IMG/VR virus record: IMGVR_UViG_3300005613_000001 | Location: 310,001 to 374,000 of that record | Reading direction: 5' to 3' (one strand) | Length of the DNA stretch: 64,000 nt | In this document: positions 1 through 9,125 of the stretch, one piece after another | How positions within the stretch are numbered: the stretch's first letter is position 1 | Layout: each line of letters opens with the position of its first letter | The notes under the pieces: generated by a model | What the model saw: only the letters and a program-made list of their open reading frames with translations | What the model was told of the DNA's origin: nothing | Databases searched by the model: none | Position numbers and translations under genes: made by a program

Positions 1-524
1 GCATCAAAATCTAATATTATTCTTTGACACTTCTCCGCCTCAGCTTTGGAAGTGTACTTGTTGAATGTGTCCCAACAATTTAAAAACCAACCGAGGGGCT
101 TCTTGTTGTATTGTATTTTCCCCTGTATTTTTTTACCCTCTGCTGTAGTTTGTTCCCAAGCACGCCAACTACCAAAATTTGTGTATAAAGCTTTGTGGCT
201 TCCATCCCCATTAAAAGATGTTTGGAAAAAACGCTGAATGGAAGTATCTATATTTTCACCATAAGCTCCGCAGATTCGCCACCCCTCATAAATATTACCC
301 ACCGTAGGTTGATACACATTGCTTTTTATTGACCGCATTTCATCTTTAGCAAACGCTACGAATAGGGTTTGGTTTCTAAAATAAAATAATGTTATAGGGA
401 ATTCAACATAATGTACCTTAAGGTCATACCCGTTATAGACTACGCGCCTTTGAGGTTCATATTCCCTAAGAACATCTTTTCTATTTGTTACACCCCTAGT
501 CGTCGCTAGAACCCGATATGCCAT
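1..524 (-). CDS. Prokaryotic E2 family D-like (PRTRC protein B-like) protein, partial; runs off the left edge
   Basis: Hand-translated, not in ORF track. ATG at 524 after an AGG-rich SD, open to base 1. Motifs EFPITLF, GNIYEGWRIC, FFQTSF are shared with ORFs at 15608 and 35863. Confidence 0.55.
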   Translation of the reverse strand, partial: MAYRVLATTRGVTNRKDVLREYEPQRRVVYNGYDLKVHYVEFPITLFYFRNQTLFVAFAKDEMRSIKSNVYQPTVGNIYEGWRICGAYGENIDTSIQRFFQTSFNGDGSHKALYTNFGSWRAWEQTTAEGKKIQGKIQYNKKPLGWFLNCWDTFNKYTSKAEAEKCQRIILDFD

Positions 525-975
525 CCTGATTTCCTTTTTCAACAACGGCTGCCGTTATTAATAGGTGTTGGCAAAAGTCGCGGCCAAATACCTCAGCGAT
601 TAAATTCCATTCACGCTCGTCATTCTGAGCATGTTCCTCAGGAGTAAGCTCAACAATAGGCCCGAATGCCTTTTCCAAAAACCGTTTTCGTTCTGCAATT
701 TCTTCTTTTGTTGGAAGTGGCTCGTTGGGGCACTCTTGGTTGCGGTATTCTTCATGAATCTTAGGATTGATCTTTTCCGCCATCCTGCCGGGCAATTCAC
801 GAAGATCATAGTTGAAACCGCAAGTGCAAGGTGCGTAACCATACACTTCAACAGCCCGAAAGACCGCGCAGGGAGCAAAGTGGTTAAGAACCCCCTCACG
901 CCGGGCTATTACAGGTCTGAAATACCTGTCTTTAAGAAGTTGGAGATGTTTTATTGTACGCTCTTTTTCGTCCAT
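496..975 (-). CDS. Hypothetical protein
   Basis: ORF track; start moved to the ATG with a GGAG SD 7 nt upstream. Confidence 0.7.
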   Translation of the reverse strand: MDEKERTIKHLQLLKDRYFRPVIARREGVLNHFAPCAVFRAVEVYGYAPCTCGFNYDLRELPGRMAEKINPKIHEEYRNQECPNEPLPTKEEIAERKRFLEKAFGPIVELTPEEHAQNDEREWNLIAEVFGRDFCQHLLITAAVVEKGNQDGISGSSDD

Positions 976-995
976 TGATAGCTCCAATAAAACAA

Positions 996-1027
996 GCCCT
1001 TATCTACATTCTACCATAGATAAGGGC
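996..1027 (-). terminator. Probable intrinsic terminator ending the tRNA-array transcript
   Basis: 11-bp perfect stem GCCCTTATCTA/TAGATAAGGGC followed by TTGTTTTATT on the minus strand, just downstream of the last tRNA. The loop contains TGGTAGAAT, an extended -10-like element. Confidence 0.6.
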
Positions 1028-1036
1028 AAAGGAAAG

Positions 1037-1119
1037 TGGCCTTGGCGGGATTCGAACCCGCACGGGGATACCCCCACATGGTCCTGAACCATGCGCGTCT
1101 GCCATTTCGCCACAAGGCC
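1037..1119 (-). tRNA. trnL: tRNA-Leu(CAG), long variable arm, no encoded CCA
   Basis: Acceptor GGCCTTG/CAAGGCC, anticodon arm CATGG-TTCAGGA-CCATG, T loop TTCGAAT. Confidence 0.95.
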
Positions 1120-1154
1120 ATTATTAATACTATATAACGAACAACGGAGGCTAC

Positions 1155-1946
1155 ATGTTAAAAGTTAATTGTAATTATGGAAATCATCACGTAAGAGTAA
1201 AGCACAGAAAGTTCATTTCTGTAGCTATTACTAGCCGTTGCAATCTAAAGTGCGCTAGCTGCTCTCAGTTGTGTGGAGTAAGACGAAAACGTTGGGATAT
1301 TTCATTAGATCAGTTAAAAATCAATTTGGATGTAATTAAAAATACTCGCAAGAAATCAAACCGGCTAGTGATAATTTACGGGGGAGAGCCAACATTACAC
1401 CGCCAGTGGGAAGAAGTTTTACAGATACTTAGAACGTACAAAACCCTCCGATTCACTGTTTGCACCAACGGCAGAGTTCGAGTTACTCCTGAAAAAGATC
1501 CTCAAATAAAATATAGAGTTAATACCCTTAAGCAAAAAAACAAAGGAGCAAACATTATGACTTGGCATGCTCCAAAAGACTTATACCCTCGTAGAAGGTC
1601 ACAATCCTTTTGGAAAGCAGCCCAGCGTAGATGTTATTTATGGAAACGTTGTGGTGTTTGTATTTATGATGATCGCGCCTACATATGTACCGTTGCTGCT
1701 GCTATGGATTTTGCGTTGGGAAAGCCTTATGGTTGGAAAGTGAATGGTGAAAACACATTTCACAAAACAGATGAACAAATTAATCAACAAGGAAATATTT
1801 TCTGCCAAAGATGTCAGTGGTGTTTGTGTCAAAAACATCAAAGGGGCCAACATCCCACAATAATATCAAAAACTAATTTTGACATTATGAAAGCTTTGAA
1901 TTTGAAGTGTAAAAAAATAAAACGAGGGATCGTTGCGGTAAAGTGA
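1155..1946 (+). CDS. Radical SAM protein with Cys-rich C-terminus
   Basis: CNLKCASC (CxxxCxxC), GGEP motif, TNG motif. Confidence 0.85.
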   Translation: MLKVNCNYGNHHVRVKHRKFISVAITSRCNLKCASCSQLCGVRRKRWDISLDQLKINLDVIKNTRKKSNRLVIIYGGEPTLHRQWEEVLQILRTYKTLRFTVCTNGRVRVTPEKDPQIKYRVNTLKQKNKGANIMTWHAPKDLYPRRRSQSFWKAAQRRCYLWKRCGVCIYDDRAYICTVAAAMDFALGKPYGWKVNGENTFHKTDEQINQQGNIFCQRCQWCLCQKHQRGQHPTIISKTNFDIMKALNLKCKKIKRGIVAVK

Positions 1947-2186
1947 TTACCAATCTTTATAATCAGTTAAATCTAATTCCTCTTTAGTGATATTATTTAC
2001 AACTTTGATAACCATGCCAAGTCCTGTAGGTGTAAACATATAGGTGAATCCGCCTCCTATTGCTCCATAATTAGGGCCACCCACTCTAGCTACATCGGTT
2101 CCCTCTTGTTGTTTAGCCACCTTGGCGTTCTGTTCCTGTTTCCAAGTATCAATTTGTGCTTGTTGATTTTTAGATATTATAAACAT
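1947..2186 (-). CDS. Conserved phage hypothetical protein (GAIGG..TY.FTPTGLG type)
   Basis: ORF with AGGAG SD; motif typical of phage small proteins. Confidence 0.7.
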   Translation of the reverse strand: MFIISKNQQAQIDTWKQEQNAKVAKQQEGTDVARVGGPNYGAIGGGFTYMFTPTGLGMVIKVVNNITKEELDLTDYKDW

Positions 2187-2199
2187 TTATTTCTCCTAG

Positions 2200-2283
2200 T
2201 GCCGAAGAGAGGACTCGAACCTCCACGCCCCGAAGGACATGAGTTCCTAAAACTCAGGCGTCTACCAATTCCGCCACTTCGGC
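2200..2283 (-). tRNA. trnL: tRNA-Leu(TAG), long variable arm
   Basis: GCCGAAG/CTTCGGC acceptor; TGAGT-TTTAGGA-ACTCA anticodon arm. Confidence 0.95.
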
Positions 2284-2799
2284 TTGTTTTTTCCGTCGTT
2301 CTCTTTGTTGCTTTGCAATCGTAGTTATCTCTGCCCAACCTTTTGATCCACACCACCCATCTGTTTGACTATGGCAATTGGGACAATTAAATTCTAAGTT
2401 TTCTTTTCTGTCATCAAGCCAATCTTTATTTTTGTGATCCACTTGGAGCATAATTGGTTTTCCATTCCATTCTCCCTCTAACCCACAAGTGCATTTGTAT
2501 TCTCTTCCTGATTCAATTAATGCTCTTCTTAATCGAAAAGAGTGTTGCCTTTTGCCGTGTGTCCTTTTAATCAATATTTCTTGCCATGTTTTCTTTTTTG
2601 GACCACCCCTATGATTTTTACCACAATTGGCCGCCCGCCCTAGAAAATGTGATGTATCTAAACCAAATTCTTTTATTTTACGTGAAATATGTGTGTGTGA
2701 CCCGCCTGCCTCTTTTAAACCCAACTTTCTTAGCACTTGAGCTATAGAAATAGATTCTTCAACTAATGGTTTTAGTAATGCTTTTGTGTATTTGCTCAT
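2254..2799 (-). CDS. HNH homing endonuclease; last 10 codons overlap tRNA-Leu(TAG)
   Basis: CTCG...LQVDHKN...ENLEFNCPNCHSQT HNH/zinc motifs. Confidence 0.85.
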   Translation of the reverse strand: MSKYTKALLKPLVEESISIAQVLRKLGLKEAGGSHTHISRKIKEFGLDTSHFLGRAANCGKNHRGGPKKKTWQEILIKRTHGKRQHSFRLRRALIESGREYKCTCGLEGEWNGKPIMLQVDHKNKDWLDDRKENLEFNCPNCHSQTDGWCGSKGWAEITTIAKQQRERRKKQAEVAELVDA

Positions 2800-2843
2800 A
2801 CATTAATATAGTATGAGTCTTCCATTTTTTTTGTGTTTTCCAA

Positions 2844-3362
2844 TCATTTTTCGGCATATTGTTTCCACTTTTCATCTAGCCACTTATAAAGGGCTTTGTT
2901 TTCTACTGATTGAGCATGACCTATTATCTTCTCACCAGTATCTACATAACGGTGACCTTTTTCTGGCCCTGTTTCTATTGGTCGCTTGCTTTCTTCACCA
3001 ATCGCCCCATCTTTATCGTCCCACCCCTGCGACTCCGTACAAGGCTCACCTGTGTCCTTGTAATGCCAATCATTAAAATACTCTACTGGTCGTCCAGTTT
3101 CAGTACAAATCGGAGGGTATAAAGACTCTTCTAAAGGAATACCTTCAGGCACAGGTTCTAATTCTTCTAACGCATGCACAGTCCCAAAAGGAGGCCCTGT
3201 ATCCCAGTGATACTCCGTAAATAAGTAATAATTACCAAACTTCTCCCTAATCCCTATAAACCCACTAACTGCCTCCCTGAATACCCCTAAAGATAAATTC
3301 CTAGAGGATATCCGGTAAAGCATTCCATTCTTGCATTCGTCAAGAGGAATCATACTAGCCAC
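2844..3362 (-). CDS. Hypothetical protein
   Basis: 172 aa ORF in operon order. Confidence 0.7.
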   Translation of the reverse strand: MASMIPLDECKNGMLYRISSRNLSLGVFREAVSGFIGIREKFGNYYLFTEYHWDTGPPFGTVHALEELEPVPEGIPLEESLYPPICTETGRPVEYFNDWHYKDTGEPCTESQGWDDKDGAIGEESKRPIETGPEKGHRYVDTGEKIIGHAQSVENKALYKWLDEKWKQYAEK

Positions 3363-3811
3363 CGTCTAATTTGATTTTCCAACTCATCTAAACTTGATAC
3401 TATTTCAATTTCGGGGCGGACCAATTCAACTTGAACTTCCAAATCAAATCTGCGTTCGTAATCAGGATGTACGCCCACAAACAGGTTGTATTTCTTATCC
3501 AACACCTTGCCCAACTCAAACAAAGTGATTGGCTGGATAGTTTCAGGAGTAAACCAAAAACTTACCGCCTCGGTATTACCCAACCAAAAGTGTTCCCATT
3601 TAATTTGTCTTTTTGCCTCGGGGCCTTCTTTTCCGAATTCTTCCCTTCGCCTCGGATTCACCACAAATAGGTCGGTATCCTCAAATCTTTTAGCGAAATC
3701 AAATTGCCAAGGCTCACACCCGGAGATACCACCAGCGAGGAAGATGCTTTGTACGTCAACGAATTCAGCCACATCACAGTTATTCGGGGCTTCCAGGTAT
3801 CTCATCTTCAT
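3350..3811 (-). CDS. Nucleoside 2-deoxyribosyltransferase-like protein
   Basis: IFLAGG..WQ, NPRR, QIKWE, PITLFELG motifs. Confidence 0.8.
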   Translation of the reverse strand: MKMRYLEAPNNCDVAEFVDVQSIFLAGGISGCEPWQFDFAKRFEDTDLFVVNPRRREEFGKEGPEAKRQIKWEHFWLGNTEAVSFWFTPETIQPITLFELGKVLDKKYNLFVGVHPDYERRFDLEVQVELVRPEIEIVSSLDELENQIRRWLV

Positions 3812-3968
3812 CCTCCTTGTCGCATTTATTACAAATTACAGAGCCATGTTCAGGCACAAACCACACACCACATTCTTTACATTTGGTAGTATCGTTTATT
3901 TCACACACCATTTGCATTAATATTTGTTGCTTCATAATACAAGAGGCGTAAGGTGTCCCCGCTACCAA
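3780..3968 (-). CDS. Small Cys-rich hypothetical protein
   Basis: CKEC...CNKC; fills the gap in the operon. Confidence 0.45.
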   Translation of the reverse strand: MVAGTPYASCIMKQQILMQMVCEINDTTKCKECGVWFVPEHGSVICNKCDKEDEDEIPGSPE

Positions 3969-4012
3969 GACCTTGCGGGAAGGTTGTATTTGCCAGGCCG
4001 GTTACCTCCACC

Positions 4013-4459
4013 TTACCACCATTTCCTTCCATTGGGCCTATTTAATGTTAAATGGAAAGCAACAGCCTTATCATCAAAGCCTGTGGTTTCCGAAATATAA
4101 GTCATTACCGCCTCTTTATCTTCAGGAGTACGAGCAGCACTTAAGAGGCGTTCAATATGGTCTTCAACTTCTGGTTTTAATTCTAATTGCTCAAAAGTTT
4201 CACAATAACAATATTTACAACCTACGGGCTCCATGTCTTCATAGGAATCAAAATGCCTGTGATAATGATGGCCGCATTTGCAAATCCTGTAGTTGCCAAA
4301 CTCAGGGTCATATAGTGGGGGTAGTTCGTCTCCTACACAAAGTTCCAATTCATTTCTTACCACTCTGACAACATAACCGTTATCAAGATGAAGTAGAGTT
4401 TGCCATTTCATGGCCTCTACTTTTACTATCGTTCTTCCTGCTAATTCATTTATATCCAA
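4013..4459 (-). CDS. Hypothetical protein with possible Zn-binding motif
   Basis: CKCGH..H.H...CKYC. Confidence 0.65.
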   Translation of the reverse strand: MDINELAGRTIVKVEAMKWQTLLHLDNGYVVRVVRNELELCVGDELPPLYDPEFGNYRICKCGHHYHRHFDSYEDMEPVGCKYCYCETFEQLELKPEVEDHIERLLSAARTPEDKEAVMTYISETTGFDDKAVAFHLTLNRPNGRKWW

Positions 4460-4460
4460 T

Positions 4461-4781
4461 TTATCTTCCTGTCAATGCTCTTTCATAAAGATTCTTCACA
4501 GCTTCTTTGCAAGGTTGGGTGTATTGAATGCCCGGTTCCGTTAATGAAGGCATAAGAAAAACCATACCTTCATGAAGTTGATCTTTTGGTATTCCCATTA
4601 CGACACTGAAATTATTTAAATCAACCATTTGTTCTTCTTCATCCCCCCACCACTCTAACTGATCTTCCGCATGCGACTCAGGATGATCGGGGCATAGTTC
4701 CGTAGATTTTGCCATTAACACCCTTACAGTGTCGTCGTAATCAGGAGCCCTAAAAATTTCATCAATACATAAACGAAGCAT
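4461..4781 (-). CDS. Hypothetical protein
   Basis: ORF with GGAG SD. Confidence 0.65.
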   Translation of the reverse strand: MLRLCIDEIFRAPDYDDTVRVLMAKSTELCPDHPESHAEDQLEWWGDEEEQMVDLNNFSVVMGIPKDQLHEGMVFLMPSLTEPGIQYTQPCKEAVKNLYERALTGR

Positions 4782-4822
4782 GATAAACTCCCTTTTCTAA
4801 TATAGGAACGAAATCACATAAG

Positions 4823-4907
4823 TAGCCGAGGCGGGATTCGAACCCGCACGCCCTTAACGGGCACGGGATTTTAAGTCCCGAGCGTCTGCCAATTCCGCCA
4901 CTCGGCC
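4823..4907 (-). tRNA. trnL: tRNA-Leu(TAA), long variable arm
   Basis: CGGGA-CTTAAAA-TCCCG anticodon arm; canonical D and T arms. Confidence 0.95.
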
Positions 4908-5174
4908 CTCTCCACTTTTACCCGATCTAAGAAACATAAAGGTTCCAAAAAGTATTCCAAAAGTACCCAATACTACGGCCACTAGACCCGGTGTTAAAAT
5001 ACTGAAATCTTTGTTAGCACTTCCAATTCCTGCATACCAAGCGCCAAATATCGCTGCACTATGCCCAACCACAAGAGAGAGCGAACCCAACGCAGCACGG
5101 GGAGCTTTGACCCCCATTTTGGTCATTAGTTTAATCATTAATTTACATCCGTTGGTACATTTCGTTGTTCCCAA
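4854..5174 (-). CDS. Small two-TM membrane protein; 3' end reads into tRNA-Leu(TAA)
   Basis: Two hydrophobic stretches; C-terminal RVAELADARDLK is tRNA-derived. Confidence 0.55.
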   Translation of the reverse strand: MGTTKCTNGCKLMIKLMTKMGVKAPRAALGSLSLVVGHSAAIFGAWYAGIGSANKDFSILTPGLVAVVLGTFGILFGTFMFLRSGKSGEGRVAELADARDLKSRAR

Positions 5175-5536
5175 TGGTTCTCTAATGCTCCCTCAATGAA
5201 AACCAACCAAAGCTCTCGGTCAGAATCCCAAGTTACAAATGATTTAAACATTACAGGACCATTGGGATTGGGGCGGATATCGACCTGCCTCATTACCCCA
5301 GCATCACCACCGAATTCAATTTTTAACGAGGCGGCTACCTCTTCGTTTCCATCAATATCTTCTACTATCCCCTCAACCATCCTCGCCACTCTCTCTTTTG
5401 TATCCTCCCGTCCTACACACTGGACAGCAGCACGCATCATGGGAGAGAACGAACAAACATAGGGAATATGAAAGCCGTCAGATGTAAGATAGTCGGAAAC
5501 GAATGCATAGTTTTTCATTTTTTCTTCCTGTGACAA
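5138..5536 (-). CDS. Hypothetical protein
   Basis: 132 aa ORF in operon order. Confidence 0.65.
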   Translation of the reverse strand: MSQEEKMKNYAFVSDYLTSDGFHIPYVCSFSPMMRAAVQCVGREDTKERVARMVEGIVEDIDGNEEVAASLKIEFGGDAGVMRQVDIRPNPNGPVMFKSFVTWDSDRELWLVFIEGALENHWEQRNVPTDVN

Positions 5537-5691
5537 TCACAGCGACATGGTGTTTTGTTGCCCGCCTTCTTAGAACACTCTTTTGGAGTTAATCCAGGGG
5601 CGGCACAACAACATACCGTTTGCTTTACCTCACCATCTACAATCCGCTTAACTTCCGTCCAATACTCACCAGATTTGCGGAAAGTAGTCAT
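5515..5691 (-). CDS. Small Cys-rich hypothetical protein
   Basis: Start reset to the ATG 2 nt after the tRNA discriminator base. Confidence 0.5.
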   Translation of the reverse strand: MTTFRKSGEYWTEVKRIVDGEVKQTVCCCAAPGLTPKECSKKAGNKTPCRCDCHRKKK

Positions 5692-5693
5692 AG

Positions 5694-5776
5694 TACCGAA
5701 GGTGGGATTTGAACCCACACGCCCTTACGGACAATAGATTTTGAATCTATCGCGTCTGCCATTCCGCCACTTCGGC
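5694..5776 (-). tRNA. trnL: tRNA-Leu(CAA), long variable arm
   Basis: ATAGA-TTCAAAA-TCTAT anticodon arm. Confidence 0.95.
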
Positions 5777-6036
5777 TAATTATTAAGATGCAAATGTTCT
5801 TTGCGGTAACGATCCTGCAATTCTTGCCCGCCTCCTAATTTCTCAATGTCCGACAGACCAGTTTTTTCACCTAATGCTTGAATACAAATTGGGCAACATG
5901 GAGTATTTTCCTCAGGATCGCGGTTATCAATAATCAACAGACCACAAAATGTCAAAGAGGCATCGGCATCGCCCATGTGAACAAAACCGTTAATTTGTGT
6001 TACATCAAATGAGTCTATTTTTTCACTTTGGCTCAT
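5776..6036 (-). CDS. Hypothetical protein
   Basis: Start reset to MSQSE; stop TAG shares its G with tRNA base 1. Confidence 0.6.
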   Translation of the reverse strand: MSQSEKIDSFDVTQINGFVHMGDADASLTFCGLLIIDNRDPEENTPCCPICIQALGEKTGLSDIEKLGGGQELQDRYRKEHLHLNN

Positions 6037-6439
6037 TGCTTGTCCCTGGCGCGTTACGACTGATAGGTGTTTGAGCATTTGCCTCCGCAGACTCAGCAAA
6101 TTCTGCTAGGTCTTTAAACACTTTATTTGCTTCTGTAGACAAATTACTTGCCATTCCTATTACTCTTTCCACCGAATCACGCATTTTCTCTAATTTTACT
6201 TCCGGTGTAAGTTTTTCAAGCCACTCTAAGACGGAAGTATTATTATCCCATTTATTAGGAAGATCACCAATTAGATCAACGCCTCTATAATTTATTTTGA
6301 ATTTACCGCACTGACAGCGGTAGTAATGATAACTCGGCCATCTATTACAAACTCCCCCACGATCTAGGATATCGGTCTTTTTTAGCCCGCTTTTTCCACC
6401 TAAACATTCCCATTTATGTTTGTGTCCTAAACCAAACAT
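6023..6439 (-). CDS. Hypothetical protein
   Basis: 138 aa ORF in operon order. Confidence 0.65.
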   Translation of the reverse strand: MFGLGHKHKWECLGGKSGLKKTDILDRGGVCNRWPSYHYYRCQCGKFKINYRGVDLIGDLPNKWDNNTSVLEWLEKLTPEVKLEKMRDSVERVIGMASNLSTEANKVFKDLAEFAESAEANAQTPISRNAPGTSNEPK

Positions 6440-6449
6440 TTAATCTTCC

Positions 6450-6899
6450 TTAATCTGGGGTTACTTGTTCGCCGGAAATCTCTTCAATTAGAGATTCGTA
6501 ATGCATAACGAGGCTTATCCAGGGATCAATTTGCTCTAATAGTTCATCTCTGTTTAGCTTTTGTAGATTGCTTGACAACATCCAATACTCAGGTTTTGTG
6601 AGTGGTCTTTCTCTAGCCTTTTTTAGAATTTCTACCTCGGCACGGACTTCTTTCAATCGACTTGATAAAGCATGTTCAAGCAAAAAGCAATCATCAATAC
6701 CAAACACTAACGTTTTATATCTTGTTTGCTGGTCTTCCCACCATCGTTCGAATTGTTCATCTGACTTGAAATTACATACCTCCACCCGATCAAACATCTC
6801 AGTATTGGGAGGCATTTCACCCGCAAAGTCTTCCTCGGCTTTTTCGCCATCTTTCCAGAGGACGGGGATGTTCTTCCAATATGCTACTGTGCGTATCAT
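6450..6899 (-). CDS. Hypothetical protein
   Basis: 149 aa ORF with ATGA overlap to the upstream gene. Confidence 0.7.
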   Translation of the reverse strand: MIRTVAYWKNIPVLWKDGEKAEEDFAGEMPPNTEMFDRVEVCNFKSDEQFERWWEDQQTRYKTLVFGIDDCFLLEHALSSRLKEVRAEVEILKKARERPLTKPEYWMLSSNLQKLNRDELLEQIDPWISLVMHYESLIEEISGEQVTPD

Positions 6900-7357
6900 T
6901 TGTCTCCCTTTAATTTTCTACCATGCTTTGCAAGAGTCTCTCTCAATTCAATTAATGTTGAATTGCCAAAATTGGGACAATTTACAAAATCGTCTGCGGT
7001 AAAAGAACACAACTCATTAAAACAAAAATTCTTTCTATCGGCTTGCCCATATTTTCCATACATAAGACGAATAAAAGCCTTTTTGGCTCGCAATGGCATT
7101 TGGGAATAAAATAATTTAAACTCATCTGTTGGAAGACAATCATCAACTCTCACTTCAACAGTGGCTTTCATCGCCTTTTTTACCGTCGCTTCTAATGCTT
7201 CAAATTGTTGCACCCAATCTTCATGTGGATTTTTACAGGTTTCACTTGCTATATGACAAAGCTTATAGACAAAACTCTGCCAGTCTGTTGGGGGTTCTAA
7301 GTCTAGAAGTGTGAAACCCTCTAAAGTTTTACATACTCTTTCAGAAAGATCAGACAT
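6896..7357 (-). CDS. Protein with C-terminal RNA polymerase alpha-CTD-like domain
   Basis: MPLRAKKAF...ELCSFTADDFVNCPNFGNSTLIELRETLAKHG resembles the alpha-CTD L..RA...dL....dLl...NFG..sl.Ei...L pattern; SD AAGGAG. Confidence 0.65.
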   Translation of the reverse strand: MSDLSERVCKTLEGFTLLDLEPPTDWQSFVYKLCHIASETCKNPHEDWVQQFEALEATVKKAMKATVEVRVDDCLPTDEFKLFYSQMPLRAKKAFIRLMYGKYGQADRKNFCFNELCSFTADDFVNCPNFGNSTLIELRETLAKHGRKLKGDK

Positions 7358-7375
7358 TTTAAACTCCTTTAAAAG

Positions 7376-7459
7376 TGCCGAAGGTGGGACTTGAACCCAC
7401 ACGGGATTTCTCCCACATGGCCCTCAACCATGCGCGTCTGCCAATTCCGCCACTTCGGC
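7376..7459 (-). tRNA. trnL: tRNA-Leu(GAG), long variable arm
   Basis: CATGG-TTGAGGG-CCATG anticodon arm. Confidence 0.95.
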
Positions 7460-7680
7460 TATTTTCTATTTTCTTCCCTACGTTGCCTGAAACTTTTACC
7501 ATCTGGATTGCGAGGGGCATCCAAATCTTTTTGATCTTCTTCTAAACACCATTTAACAAATTTACAAATTATGTCCAACTCTTCTTTTGATGCATCTACA
7601 TGATCAAATCGCCAATGGTCTAATCTTATAGCCAAGTTCTCTGAACATTCTTCAATTAAATCAGCGGGCTCTATTTTCAT
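7459..7680 (-). CDS. Hypothetical protein
   Basis: ORF; stop abuts the tRNA 5' end. Confidence 0.6.
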   Translation of the reverse strand: MKIEPADLIEECSENLAIRLDHWRFDHVDASKEELDIICKFVKWCLEEDQKDLDAPRNPDGKSFRQRREENRK

Positions 7681-7931
7681 TCCTGCCTTTCATCTATTGT
7701 TTTAAACTCTTCATGACAAGCAAAACATCTAACTATGTGGGGAATTTGAACCATTTCAAATTGATCCCAACCTTCTGGTAGCTCTTCCCATTCTTCTAGT
7801 CCATGAAAATCACGATATGCTTCCTCCCGCCCCTCTTTTGTAAATTCTGCCTTTTGAGGAAGGGCATAATTAGCGGCATCGCAATGTGGGCAATACCAAT
7901 GATAGGCGGTTTGTAATTCAACTACTTTCAT
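7677..7931 (-). CDS. Zinc-ribbon hypothetical protein
   Basis: CPHC ... CFAC. Confidence 0.65.
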   Translation of the reverse strand: MKVVELQTAYHWYCPHCDAANYALPQKAEFTKEGREEAYRDFHGLEEWEELPEGWDQFEMVQIPHIVRCFACHEEFKTIDERQE

Positions 7932-8119
7932 GTTTTTTTACAGGGACAACTTGAACAGCCATCATCTAATGATCTTTCCCAACAGGTAATACTATCACCA
8001 CAGGTATTGCGATTTCCGCCTCCTATTGTAAATGTGACTATCCTAGATTTGGGTTCTTCTGGAAGTTTTGGTACAAAAACTCCTGCAATACAAGTAGCCA
8101 AAAAACTACGTCTTTTCAT
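7928..8119 (-). CDS. Small protein with twin-arginine-like N-terminus
   Basis: MKRRSFLATCIAGVFVP; Cys-rich C-terminus. Confidence 0.5.
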   Translation of the reverse strand: MKRRSFLATCIAGVFVPKLPEEPKSRIVTFTIGGGNRNTCGDSITCWERSLDDGCSSCPCKKT

Positions 8120-8283
8120 GATTCGTACCCGTTGTATCTCCCATAGCCCGGTTGGCATTCTGGGTTTCTTTTTGCTCTACGACGCTCAATTCTTCTTTTG
8201 CTAACTTTCAGGTGACGATGATACTTCCCGTGGCAGTAACCATCGGCTTGTTCTACGCTAGCTACTTTTCTGTCTTTAGCCAT
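8116..8283 (-). CDS. Small basic hypothetical protein
   Basis: GGAG SD and an upstream TGTGG-TATACT promoter. Confidence 0.55.
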   Translation of the reverse strand: MAKDRKVASVEQADGYCHGKYHRHLKVSKRRIERRRAKRNPECQPGYGRYNGYES

Positions 8284-8315
8284 TGATAGTCTCCCATTTA
8301 CAGTATACCACACAT

Positions 8316-8618
8316 TCAGCTAATGGAAACCAAATCAAATCCGTAAAAGCCATCCACTTGCTCTTTATTGCCGGTATCGTCTTCTATCTCGGCATGTTTG
8401 TATTGAGCCTTCAAACAAGCCGCCTCTGCCCTTTCTCGGGTTTTAAATAGAAAAACGGACTGACAACATCCACAGATTGCTTGGCAAGTTACCTTAGTCC
8501 AGCCTTTATATTCATTTTTATATTTATCCTCCACTTTATCTAATGTACGTTTAGATTTAGGAGGCGTGGGCTTTTTACGCTCAAATTTCTTCTGTTTTCT
8601 CTTTTTCATTTTTCTCAA
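8316..8618 (-). CDS. Hypothetical basic protein
   Basis: ORF in operon order. Confidence 0.5.
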   Translation of the reverse strand: MRKMKKRKQKKFERKKPTPPKSKRTLDKVEDKYKNEYKGWTKVTCQAICGCCQSVFLFKTRERAEAACLKAQYKHAEIEDDTGNKEQVDGFYGFDLVSIS

Positions 8619-8793
8619 AATGCCATTTATTTAATTGTTGTCGCAATTCCTCTAACTCTTCTTCTCTGAATGTCATATTACGGAATTCAGTCTTCACCTG
8701 ATATCCAGCACCACCCGCAGGGTAGCAAATTTCTCTTTTGCACTTTACTAGACACCAACCATCTTCATTGGTAATGATATGGATTTTTCTCAT
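8581..8793 (-). CDS. Hypothetical protein
   Basis: ORF in operon order. Confidence 0.5.
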   Translation of the reverse strand: MRKIHIITNEDGWCLVKCKREICYPAGGAGYQVKTEFRNMTFREEELEELRQQLNKWHFEKNEKEKTEEI

Positions 8794-8965
8794 ATCGCTT
8801 CACCATTTCAATTATAATATTGCCTTTTTCATCGGTGTTTTCACATTCTGGACAAAGTTCAAGACCAGTCCCGCCGATTACGCTTTCTAAATATGCGGTT
8901 CTAGAAAACGCCTTCTTACATTCTGGACATTCCGTAGTGACTTCTACTTTTGTTCCCCAAGTCAT
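8765..8965 (-). CDS. Zinc-ribbon hypothetical protein
   Basis: CPEC ... CPEC. Confidence 0.55.
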   Translation of the reverse strand: MTWGTKVEVTTECPECKKAFSRTAYLESVIGGTGLELCPECENTDEKGNIIIEMVKRYEKNPYHYQ

Positions 8966-9125
8966 AATTTTCTTTTTTTTGATGAATCTCTACTTTCTCA
9001 ACTCTAAATTTCTTTCTATAGCTTTTTCAAGACTAGTTGCCTTAATGGCCCCATAAAACTGTTCTAATTTTGGGGCGAAACAAAAGTAGGTCTTTTCCAT
9101 CGAAATCTCCTTTTGTTTTATTTAG

